This document shows, piece by piece, positions 1 to 8,157 of a DNA stretch of 64,000 nt. Source of the stretch: an uncultured Puniceicoccaceae bacterium (GTDB lineage: Bacteria > Verrucomicrobiota > Verrucomicrobiia > Opitutales > Oceanipulchritudinaceae); contig CAWVVV010000003.1 in assembly GCA_963933835.1 (NCBI GenBank), positions 160,001 through 224,000 on the forward strand, read 5' to 3'. Below the pieces are notes generated by a model, which had not been told where the DNA came from, searched no databases, and worked only from the letters and a program-made list of their open reading frames with translations. Position 1 is the stretch's first letter; every line of letters starts with the position of its first letter. The translations under genes and the position numbers were made by a program.

Positions 1-156
1 CTCGAATCGATTGAAGAGCCGGAGGCTAATAGCCCTGAAGAGCTTCCAGGCTGGAGAATTCTTTTCGGTCGTAATGAAAACAATCACGCCATCGTCATGG
101 CATCGCTCAAGCATAGTTTGAACCGACTCCCTATGACGCTCAAGGGCATGATCTAA
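1..156 (+). CDS. 3' end of a gene entering from the left edge, unknown product
   Basis: Frame 1 is open from base 1 (LESIEEPEANSPEELPGWRILFG...LKGMI) to TAA at 154-156 and converges on the next gene. Confidence 0.5.
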   Translation, partial: LESIEEPEANSPEELPGWRILFGRNENNHAIVMASLKHSLNRLPMTLKGMI

Positions 157-181
157 CCCTTCCAGACTAGACTCTACCGGT

Positions 182-751
182 TCACTGCTCAATCCAGACG
201 AGTGAACCCGCTGGCACCTCGTCATAGAGCTTCACTAAAGGCTCATCCATCAAGACGAGGCAGCCACCACTCTGATTCTCAGGGAATTCCTCCGGTCGAG
301 TCGTCCCGTGGATATAGATGTAGCGGTCAAAGGTATCGACGCCCTCCCCTGCATTCAGGCCCGGCTCCAATCCGCCAAGGCGCAATATGCGTGTCGTGAC
401 GAACATCCTCTGATCAGGGCCGTAATCTTCGCGCTCATCGAAGCGCTGGTTCGTCGATTCACGACTGATGAAGACCATACCGGGCTCGGCTCCATCGCCA
501 TATTTCTCCGCGACATGGTGCAGGCCCCGTGGAGACCCGCCTGAGTTCTCAGCACAAGAGGGCGGTCTTTTGCCTGAGCTAAACGTGTGGGTAGCTGACA
601 AGGTCCACCCTGCATCGCCTTTACTGCGCCGCCAGTGCTCAAGTTTTTTCTCGCCAAGGAAGGCGAGCAAAACATCGTCCGTGACTTCCTTTCGGAGGCG
701 CTGAATTGCGTTTTCGAAAGGCTCACATACTGATTTCCAAGACCATGTCAT
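182..751 (-). CDS. L,D-transpeptidase (YkuD family); start uncertain
   Basis: Catalytic signature RYIYIHGT...SGGCL (HG...SxGC) and ITTRIL-like strand. The listed ATG overlaps the asd start. Confidence 0.8.
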   Translation of the reverse strand: MTWSWKSVCEPFENAIQRLRKEVTDDVLLAFLGEKKLEHWRRSKGDAGWTLSATHTFSSGKRPPSCAENSGGSPRGLHHVAEKYGDGAEPGMVFISRESTNQRFDEREDYGPDQRMFVTTRILRLGGLEPGLNAGEGVDTFDRYIYIHGTTRPEEFPENQSGGCLVLMDEPLVKLYDEVPAGSLVWIEQ

Positions 752-1767
752 ACCGTATCGGAATCTTTGGAGCCACTGGCGCAGTTGGTCAAGAGCTCCT
801 CCAACTTCTCGTCAACCGATCGTTTCCCGCAGAATCGATCCGGCTCTTTGCCTCTGCTCGCTCAGCCGGCAAAACCGCTTCCGTTGGCGACAAAACATGG
901 ACGATCGAAGAAGCCAACGCCGGTGCGTTCAGCGAGCTCGACCTCGCGCTCTTCTCCGTCAGTGGTGGCTTCTCGAAGGAGATGGGGCCAAAGGCTGTCG
1001 AAGCTGGCTGTGTCGTCGTAGATAACTCCAGCGCCTTCCGTATGGATCCAGAGGTGCCCCTCGTCGTACCAGAGGTGAACCTCGATGCGCTCGATGCACA
1101 CAAGGGCATCATCGCGAATCCGAACTGCTCGACTGCAATCACCTTGATGGGCCTTTACCCGCTCCACCAAGTCTTCGGCGTGAAGCGCTTCTTTGCCTCC
1201 ACCTATCAAGCAGTATCAGGCAGCGGAGTCGCAGGCATGCAGGAGCTCGAAAAGCAAACCCGCGCATGGGCTGCCGACGAAACCTCCGCGCCCGAGACCT
1301 ACCCACACCCAATCGCTTTCAATGTCCTCCCTCACGTCGACGTCTTCTATCCTGATGGCTACACCAAGGAAGAACACAAGATGACAGATGAGAGCCGCAA
1401 GATCATGGGCACACCGGATCTCCGCGTCTCGACGACCTGTGTCCGCGTTCCCGTCATGCGCGCCCACTCTGTTGCAATCAGTGCCGAATTTGAAAAGGCG
1501 GTTGATCTCGACGCTGCCCGTGCCGCGATCGAAGCCTTCCCCGGCGTTCAGCTCATCGACAATCCCGATGAGAACAGCTACCCGCTGCCCCTCAACCAAG
1601 CAGGCCTTAACGACTGTGCAGTCGGGCGATTACGCGAAGACCTCGCCTTCGACAACGGGCTGTGCTTCTGGGTCGTCGGAGATCAAATCCTTAAGGGAGC
1701 TGCTCTCAACGCGGTGCAGATTGCCGAAGCCTTGCATGCCAAGGGCCTCGTGCGGGTGCAGAGCTAA
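745..1767 (+). CDS. asd: Aspartate-semialdehyde dehydrogenase
   Basis: GATGAVG, VVDNSSAFRM, PLVVPEVN, IIANPNCST, TYQAVSGSG, CVRVPV, KGAALNAVQIAE. ATG at 745 (MSYRIGIFG). Confidence 0.97.
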   Translation: MSYRIGIFGATGAVGQELLQLLVNRSFPAESIRLFASARSAGKTASVGDKTWTIEEANAGAFSELDLALFSVSGGFSKEMGPKAVEAGCVVVDNSSAFRMDPEVPLVVPEVNLDALDAHKGIIANPNCSTAITLMGLYPLHQVFGVKRFFASTYQAVSGSGVAGMQELEKQTRAWAADETSAPETYPHPIAFNVLPHVDVFYPDGYTKEEHKMTDESRKIMGTPDLRVSTTCVRVPVMRAHSVAISAEFEKAVDLDAARAAIEAFPGVQLIDNPDENSYPLPLNQAGLNDCAVGRLREDLAFDNGLCFWVVGDQILKGAALNAVQIAEALHAKGLVRVQS

Positions 1768-1816
1768 GAAGCTCAAACTTGCGGGGGGCTGCCACCATTT
1801 CCAACGCATTGAAAAA

Positions 1817-1893
1817 TGGTAGGCGATGACGGACTCGAACCGCCGACCCGCTGCGTGTAAAGCAGCCGCTCTAACCAACTGAGCTAATCGCCC
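1817..1893 (-). tRNA. tRNA-Val (TAC)
   Basis: Reverse complement GGGCGATTAGCTCAGTTGGTTAGAGCG-GCTGC-TTTACAC-GCAGC-GGGTCGGCGGTTCGAGTCCGTCATCGCCTACCA folds as a cloverleaf with anticodon TAC and encoded CCA. Confidence 0.96.
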
Positions 1894-2108
1894 CCTTAAA
1901 AAGGAAGCTCAAAGAAGATGGCTTTCGGCACAGGCAAACAAGCCCAAAATGACCGGATTTGAAGATTTCGGTCATCTGTGAGAAATCAAGGAAACCCTTT
2001 AGAGCCGCCTCGGGTGCAGGCCTTAGGCAAAGTAAAGAGCACATCTAACTGCTCCCAATGCGCTCCTTAGCCTTGTCTTTACGGTCTTGTTTGCGATTAA
2101 ATCAGACC

Positions 2109-2480
2109 GTGTTTGATCTACTGAACTATTCCGACGGCGCTGTTGTCATCAGTGAAGGCATTGTGGATGAGCATCTTCTCATTCTCCAAACCGGAACCGT
2201 CGTCATCTCCAAAGATGGAACAGAGGTCGCACGTATCAGCGAAAAAGGGACTTTCATCGGTAAAATCTCAGCTATCTTAGGAGAAAAGCGGAACTGCACC
2301 GTTACAGCCTCCGGCGAATGCGACATCCTAAAGCTCGATCAAACCATCGATGAGCTCATTGCAGAGAATCCACGACTCGTGAAGAAACTCCTTCAAGAGC
2401 TCCCGACGCGCCTCGCAGCAGCAACCGATACCCTCGTGCAATCTCAGCATTCACTGATTACCTTCCGAGAGCAGGGCTAG
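2109..2480 (+). CDS. Stand-alone cyclic-nucleotide-binding (Crp-like cNMP) domain protein
   Basis: YSDGAVVISEG...LLILQTGTVVISKDG..VARI.EKGTFIG.ISAILGEKRNCTVTA matches the cNMP beta-roll pattern. Likely GTG start at 2109; ORF track starts at 2058. Confidence 0.75.
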   Translation: MFDLLNYSDGAVVISEGIVDEHLLILQTGTVVISKDGTEVARISEKGTFIGKISAILGEKRNCTVTASGECDILKLDQTIDELIAENPRLVKKLLQELPTRLAAATDTLVQSQHSLITFREQG

Positions 2481-2523
2481 ACGCTAGAATCCTCGCAGGC
2501 ATTCAAAGCCTGCAAAGGAACAG

Positions 2524-2751
2524 TTGTCTTGGGTCAGCGGATCCATTGCATCCTTTTGTATCAATGAGCAGCCAGCAAAGCCCGTCGACCGCCTTGCCCT
2601 TGGCCTAGGCATCGCGACCTTCGCCATCATCAACCTTGCCGTCCTCATCCACTTCACCGCTTTCGGCCCACCTATCCTCGTAAAGATTCTACTCGGCCTC
2701 GGCCTCGCAACCGGAGCGGTTGCGTGGGTAAGGCTGAATAAGAGTAACTAG
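2524..2751 (+). CDS. Small two-helix membrane protein, hypothetical
   Basis: Two hydrophobic segments (LALGLGIATFAIINLAVLI; ILVKILLGLGLATGAVAWV). Start uncertain. Confidence 0.5.
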   Translation: MSWVSGSIASFCINEQPAKPVDRLALGLGIATFAIINLAVLIHFTAFGPPILVKILLGLGLATGAVAWVRLNKSN

Positions 2752-2773
2752 GCATTGCTAGATGCGCGATTAT

Positions 2774-2791
2774 ATGCATACGTGTATGCAT
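2774..2791. promoter_or_regulatory. Palindrome, probable VapB autorepression operator
   Basis: Perfect inverted repeat ATGCATAC-GT-GTATGCAT overlapping the vapB start codon. Confidence 0.6.
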
Positions 2792-2972
2792 GAGAACGAC
2801 CTTGAATATAGACGATGAAATTTATCAGAGAGCGGTAAAACTCACCGGCATCAAAGAGAAGACGTCGCTTTTACATGAGGGATTGAAAGCTCTCATTGCC
2901 GCGGAGAGCTCTAGACGATTAGCAAAACTAGGTGCAACCTCTCCGAAAATCCAAGACATCCCGAGGAGATGA
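2790..2972 (+). CDS. vapB: Type II antitoxin, VapB family (RHH-type)
   Basis: MRTTLNIDDE...A..LTGIKEKT.L..EGLKALI..ESSRRLAKLG. Overlaps a PIN toxin gene by ATGA. Confidence 0.88.
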   Translation: MRTTLNIDDEIYQRAVKLTGIKEKTSLLHEGLKALIAAESSRRLAKLGATSPKIQDIPRR

Positions 2973-3319
2973 TCTTAGTCGATACGTCCGTTTGGATTGA
3001 TCACCTACGGCAAGGAAACGAGCTCCTATCGGATTTGCTCAATCAAAACCGCGTCGTGACTCACCCACTCGTTTTAGGCGAACTAGCTCTAGGAAATATC
3101 TCGAAGCGAGAAACCTTCCTTGAGCTCATTCGAAACCTTCCGACAGCCGAGGAAGCAAGCCATGACGAAGTCATCGCATTTATCGAAAAGAACCGAATGT
3201 GGAGTAAAGGCATCGGCTATGTTGACCTCCACCTACTCTGCTCATCATTAATCGCATCTGTCCCTCTATGGACCTTAGATAAACGGTTAGCAAAGGTAGC
3301 TAAATCCTTCGGAGCCTGA
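2969..3319 (+). CDS. vapC: Type II toxin, VapC PIN-domain RNase
   Basis: MILVDTSVWIDHLR, HP.VLGELALG, GIGYVDLHLL, LWTLDKRL; acidic PIN residues present. Confidence 0.92.
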   Translation: MILVDTSVWIDHLRQGNELLSDLLNQNRVVTHPLVLGELALGNISKRETFLELIRNLPTAEEASHDEVIAFIEKNRMWSKGIGYVDLHLLCSSLIASVPLWTLDKRLAKVAKSFGA

Positions 3320-3365
3320 AGAACTGAGAGCGCTCAATCCGGGGATCCTCTCTGTATTGGATTTC

Positions 3366-4484
3366 CTACTCCGCACCAAACTTATCCACCATCGCATCGA
3401 CATCGAGGAAATCGATTTCGAGGGTTGAAACGGTGATGTCTTTGAGCTGAAGGCCTTGGACGAGTTCGAAAGCGACGAGATTATTTCCCCCTGCAGTGTT
3501 CAACGCGCCTGCCTTGAGGCGTTCACCTTCTGCACTGGCTTGCTTTTCGAGGAGCTGGCCTTTGGCGGAGAATTCGGCGGCGTAGAGATCGGCATCGGCC
3601 TGGAGTTTTGCGGAGGCAAATCTTGAATCGGCTCGAATCTGCGACATCTGCTTATCAGTCGTGGCTTGCAGGGTCAGCTTCGCAGCCCGCATCTCTTCTT
3701 CGATGACGCGAACCTTCGCTTCAGTCTCAGCTGCGATGCGATTTGTTTTACCCTTCTTTTCTTCAGCAAGGGCACGGGACTTATTCAACTCCACATCTTG
3801 GTCAGCCAGTTTCTTGTCGAGAATCTTCCGCTCATAGGAGGGGTCGAAAGCGATATCACGAATGAGCACACCGACGAGTTCGATGTGGTTTTTCTTCAAC
3901 TCTACGGAGAGCCCCTCAGTGACAATATCCGTCTTCACGCGACGCACATTGGGATCGTAGAACTCCTCTGTGAGCATAAGGCCGAAGACGCCACGAATCG
4001 TTTCCTGCACTTGGTCTCCTACAATACCTTTGTAGCGAGCCTCTGTATTGAATTGTCGATACAGCGAATGAGTCTCACCTGGAGAAATGCGATACTTAAC
4101 AGTGACGTCAAGTTTGACCGTGTATCCATCTTTTGACTTCAATTCGATCTGATCTGGTCCACTGATCGCAGGACTACTTGAACGGAGAGCTGTCGAGAGG
4201 AATTTATAACGATCGCGCTGGATCTTGCGCTCCTCAGCGGTGGTAAACTCCGTTGTTTGAACGGTCGAATCAAAGATATTCCATGAGTCGAAAAGGGGCA
4301 GATTGCGATGCCAACCGGGAGCAAAGTCCTTCTTCACTACACCCTTCTCACCGAGAAAGGCATACTGCTGAGTGCGGACTCCGACTTCACCGAGTTCGAT
4401 GCGGATGAATAAAAACTGGGCCGCCAAAAAGATGCCGACGATCCCGAGGATAACTAAAATAGAAAGGTATTTGATAAAATTCAT
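3366..4484 (-). CDS. SPFH/band-7 domain membrane protein with C-terminal coiled coil
   Basis: N-terminal [45 protein letters not shown], then an Ala/Glu-rich coiled coil. Confidence 0.88.
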   Translation of the reverse strand: MNFIKYLSILVILGIVGIFLAAQFLFIRIELGEVGVRTQQYAFLGEKGVVKKDFAPGWHRNLPLFDSWNIFDSTVQTTEFTTAEERKIQRDRYKFLSTALRSSSPAISGPDQIELKSKDGYTVKLDVTVKYRISPGETHSLYRQFNTEARYKGIVGDQVQETIRGVFGLMLTEEFYDPNVRRVKTDIVTEGLSVELKKNHIELVGVLIRDIAFDPSYERKILDKKLADQDVELNKSRALAEEKKGKTNRIAAETEAKVRVIEEEMRAAKLTLQATTDKQMSQIRADSRFASAKLQADADLYAAEFSAKGQLLEKQASAEGERLKAGALNTAGGNNLVAFELVQGLQLKDITVSTLEIDFLDVDAMVDKFGAE

Positions 4485-4502
4485 AGTGGATCTCTTTGAG
4501 AA

Positions 4503-5630
4503 CTATTCTGTGTTGGAACGACGACGACTAGCGGCTTCCTGGGTGTGAGAAAAACGCTCAGTGGAGCTCTCGAGAGTAAAAGGTTGCCCGCTCACACTCA
4601 GCTCTTGGAGCTTCTTAGCGTAGGCTCTCTTAACCAGCGTGCGGCCCCCTTCCCCAGTGTAGGCGTTTGCGAGTTCAGTGAGCGCTTCACCCTCAGCCTT
4701 TGCTTGAGCAAGGATCGCCTGAGCATTCTTTTCGCGCTCATAGAAACGCGCATCGGCACCCAGCTCTGTCTCAATGACATAGGCCTCAGCTCCACGCACA
4801 AGACGCTCGGCTTCAGCATCAGCACCAACGATGAGTTTACGCATCTCTCCATCGAAGGAGGCAAGGATGACTTCCTTCTTCTTCGTCGCTTCAACGACGC
4901 GGAAGATTTGGTTCTGCTCGGCAGCTTTCGCCTTTGAAATCTGCTCCTCGACTTCTTGGTCGGCTAATTTCTTTTCACGGATGCGTTCCTCATACTCTGG
5001 GTGAAAGCGGAACTTCTCGGCTACGACGCGTTCCACCTGCAAACCAGAGAAACGTAGGGAAGCGTTGAGCTCGTCCATCGCCTTGCGTGCTTTGTCATCG
5101 CGCACACTCGAGTCGTAAAATTCCTCTGTCGTCATCTCGCCGAACACTGAGCGGCAAACCGAACGTGAATAGTCGCGCAGCCACTTGATCTTGTAAGCAT
5201 CACCTAGACCAGAGCTCGCCACTGCTTCCTCGATCATATCGAGGCGTAGACGGTAGTTGATTGTGAGGTCGAGGAATACATCGCTGCCGTCGATCGTCTT
5301 GATCCGCAGATCATCCTTGTTGCGACGATCACCGCGGGAGACGTCGGCCGACATCTCCAGACGCTGCGTCGTCGTATCCAAAATATGGAACGAATTAAAA
5401 ACTCCATTGTAGATCGTTGTCCCTGATTCGGTAACAACATTCACAACACCCGTCAGGTTATTGATCTTAACACCGACCTCCGTGCCCTCGACGCGCTGAA
5501 CGCGGACGGTGACAAGCAAGAAGAGTATCGTCGCTATGATCGCGACAAGAAAGAGAATGAGGGGGCCGCTGAAATTCTGCAGCGCATTCGCCCCCGGGCG
5601 GTTGAAATTTATCGTAGATTTATTCGACAT
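4503..5630 (-). CDS. SPFH/band-7 domain membrane protein, HflK-like paralog
   Basis: [47 protein letters not shown]...A.A.GEA coiled coil. Confidence 0.88.
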   Translation of the reverse strand: MSNKSTINFNRPGANALQNFSGPLILFLVAIIATILFLLVTVRVQRVEGTEVGVKINNLTGVVNVVTESGTTIYNGVFNSFHILDTTTQRLEMSADVSRGDRRNKDDLRIKTIDGSDVFLDLTINYRLRLDMIEEAVASSGLGDAYKIKWLRDYSRSVCRSVFGEMTTEEFYDSSVRDDKARKAMDELNASLRFSGLQVERVVAEKFRFHPEYEERIREKKLADQEVEEQISKAKAAEQNQIFRVVEATKKKEVILASFDGEMRKLIVGADAEAERLVRGAEAYVIETELGADARFYEREKNAQAILAQAKAEGEALTELANAYTGEGGRTLVKRAYAKKLQELSVSGQPFTLESSTERFSHTQEAASRRRSNTE

Positions 5631-5985
5631 GGCTTACTGAGGTGACGGTCCATTAAACTCCGGACTTTGATGAAGGATTGGTCAGCACTATGAAATGGCA
5701 CTAGTGTGATGAATAAAATGAGTTCTCTGAGCGTAGAAGAAACATGTGCTCAACAAAGGCGAGGATGAAGTATTGAGAATAAGTCTTTCGCTCTGACCTC
5801 ATGTCATTCTGGAGCTCAGTTAGATCTAAAATGACGTCCAGATGGCCTGCTAGGTAATATAACGCAGGAACCGGATGCCTACAAAACGGGCTCCTAACTT
5901 ACCCTTAGGGTGAAGCATCCCCGGTCAATTGCGATGAAATGTGCTTGATCTTTAGAGGCACCTAAAACCTTAATCAAGCGCCCGA

Positions 5986-6993
5986 ATGTCAAAAAAATAC
6001 ACCTCAACCCGCCTAGCAGACTACGAAAACTGGCTGAAAGACGGAGCACCCAATCCTCTCAACAGAATAAGCGACTGCACCCTACTTCTGGAAAAACCTG
6101 ATTTAATTGAGGGAGCTGAGCCCTTCTCGCTAGAATTAGGAATGACGGAGCCGTCCGAGCAGGCCTTTTGTCAGTGGTATGGAGCACATGCCTTTAAAGG
6201 CTGGGGAGAGTGGGTTGAACTAGGCTCCTTTCTCGGCTCGCTAACGGTTCCAGGCGTCCGCGGGCTCAGGGTTAACCCTTCTAAAACAGCAGCCGCCCAC
6301 AAAATCCGCGTCTATGACCTTTTCAGGTGGAACTCTATGATGGTTGAGTTCGCTGACTATTATGAGATCAAAGATGCTCCGACGGAAGGCACGTGGTACA
6401 TCCAATATTATAAAGACTACAACGCACACGTCCTTGATCGAGTAGAGGTCACTCAGGCGGACTTGACGCGCCGCGATTACTCGGGCGAGCCGATCGAATT
6501 CCTCGTCATAGATGTCATGAAATATCCGGCTTTGGTGACAAACATACTGCGTGAGTTTTTTCCTTCGCTCCGCGCCGGTTCGCTTGTTTTCCACCAAGAC
6601 TACCTCCATTTCTATGAGGGTTGGATCACCTTGAGTATGTATCAAATGCAAGACTGCTTTAAGTTTCGTAGTGCACTACCAGAAGGTGATACCGTGATTT
6701 TTGAAGCGACCCAAAGTCCCAACCCCGAAAAGTTGGAATTTTTGGCGAACAACGAAGAATTAACGGTTGAGCTCATCAACGACGCTTTTGACTGGAGCCG
6801 TAGCGTTATTCCGGAGGCTCATCACCACCAAGTCGACGCCACACAGTGCATGATGTATTACCATGCCGGCCACCACGACGAGTGTAGAGCTCTCTATCAG
6901 CAGTTGGCTACGAGACACTCCTATCCTTCCTCGCTAGCAGACCTAAAAGCATACCTTGAAAACAATAAGTTATTCAGCCTGCAGGAAAACTGA
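5986..6993 (+). CDS. Putative class I SAM-dependent methyltransferase
   Basis: Motif-I-like WVELGSFLGSLT, post-I VYDLF, EPIEFLVIDVMK and GSLVFHQDY. Confidence 0.6.
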   Translation: MSKKYTSTRLADYENWLKDGAPNPLNRISDCTLLLEKPDLIEGAEPFSLELGMTEPSEQAFCQWYGAHAFKGWGEWVELGSFLGSLTVPGVRGLRVNPSKTAAAHKIRVYDLFRWNSMMVEFADYYEIKDAPTEGTWYIQYYKDYNAHVLDRVEVTQADLTRRDYSGEPIEFLVIDVMKYPALVTNILREFFPSLRAGSLVFHQDYLHFYEGWITLSMYQMQDCFKFRSALPEGDTVIFEATQSPNPEKLEFLANNEELTVELINDAFDWSRSVIPEAHHHQVDATQCMMYYHAGHHDECRALYQQLATRHSYPSSLADLKAYLENNKLFSLQEN

Positions 6994-7031
6994 TACAGCT
7001 CCTCGAACGAATAGGGATCGAGCCTGAGTGC

Positions 7032-7835
7032 TCAAGTCTTAGGCAAAGGCTGTGGTGCTGCCCTAAGGATGCGTAGAAATGTCACACCCGAAGTCACTAC
7101 TCCGAAAATGAGTAAGATGAAAAACGGAACGCGCACAAAAAACGCCGCGAGGAAGCAAAGAACCATAATACCGATGACGTAAAGAAGTGCCCTCACGAGT
7201 CGCACTTCGTATTCCTCTTTCAAGGCCCCAGGGAAAAGCCGGATAAAAGCCGCTTGTCGTTCGTATTGACTCTGTGGATACGCGAGCGGCGGCAACTCCA
7301 CGGTGCCCGTATTCGGGTCCAGACTCACTGCGCCGAGCTTCGCGAGCTGCTTCACTTTCTCCTCTACTTGACGAAAGGCCATCCGCGAGTGCCCCGCTAG
7401 ATCACTGATTCGCACTGAGCCAGAGAGGTTTTGCATCAAGTAGACGAGCTCATGTTGCCAATTTGCATTCGCTGGCCACGGATCACTTTCAGCCAAGGTG
7501 CGCAGCTCATTTTCCACCTCACGGATCACATCCTCACTCAAGACTTGTGCTGAGTCCTCCGGTAAAGGCGCATTTGAGAAGACACAGCGCTCAGGTTTAA
7601 AGGCGGTTTGTGGGCGATCAACAAACTGTGGAAAATGGTAGCTAACAAAATCCCCCACCCGGTCTTTCTCAACAAAGTCACTCGTCGCTAGCTTATCGAG
7701 CACCTGCTCAACCATCCACAGGCTCACTGGCACGTAAGGCAGCAATTGAACCGGGTGCACCACCCCACTCTGCGAAGCCGCCAAGCGCTCCGCTAGATTC
7801 TCAACCACTACCGGCCACGTCAAAGATTGCATCAC
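7032..7835 (-). CDS. Hypothetical protein with C-terminal two-TM anchor and possible winged-helix segments
   Basis: 267-aa ORF with hydrophobic C-terminal hairpin (ALLYVIGIMVLCFLAAFFV; FFILLIFGVVTSGVTFL). Confidence 0.75.
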   Translation of the reverse strand: MMQSLTWPVVVENLAERLAASQSGVVHPVQLLPYVPVSLWMVEQVLDKLATSDFVEKDRVGDFVSYHFPQFVDRPQTAFKPERCVFSNAPLPEDSAQVLSEDVIREVENELRTLAESDPWPANANWQHELVYLMQNLSGSVRISDLAGHSRMAFRQVEEKVKQLAKLGAVSLDPNTGTVELPPLAYPQSQYERQAAFIRLFPGALKEEYEVRLVRALLYVIGIMVLCFLAAFFVRVPFFILLIFGVVTSGVTFLRILRAAPQPLPKT

Positions 7836-7931
7836 CGATCAGAGTTAGCCCGCTCCTCTTCCTCTGCAAGGATATCAGGAAGAAGCGCGAAGCGCCTGCG
7901 GACAACGCACTGTCGTCGTATTTCAGAATGC

Positions 7932-7959
7932 AAAAAGCCCTGACCGGAGTCAGGGCTTT
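7932..7959 (-). terminator. Intrinsic terminator downstream of tRNA-Tyr
   Basis: AAAAAGCCCTGAC-CGGA-GTCAGGGCTTT hairpin; T-tract on the minus strand. Confidence 0.85.
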
Positions 7960-7966
7960 CATAAAG

Positions 7967-8052
<86 letters not shown>

Positions 8053-8157
8053 GTGGGAAAAAGCAGAGGAAAGAAAGGATGGTTGAGCGTCTTGCCAAGT
8101 CGTTTTTCACCTTGGGCGAAAGTTTCTTTCCTTTTTTCGAATTTCGAAAGCTGATTT

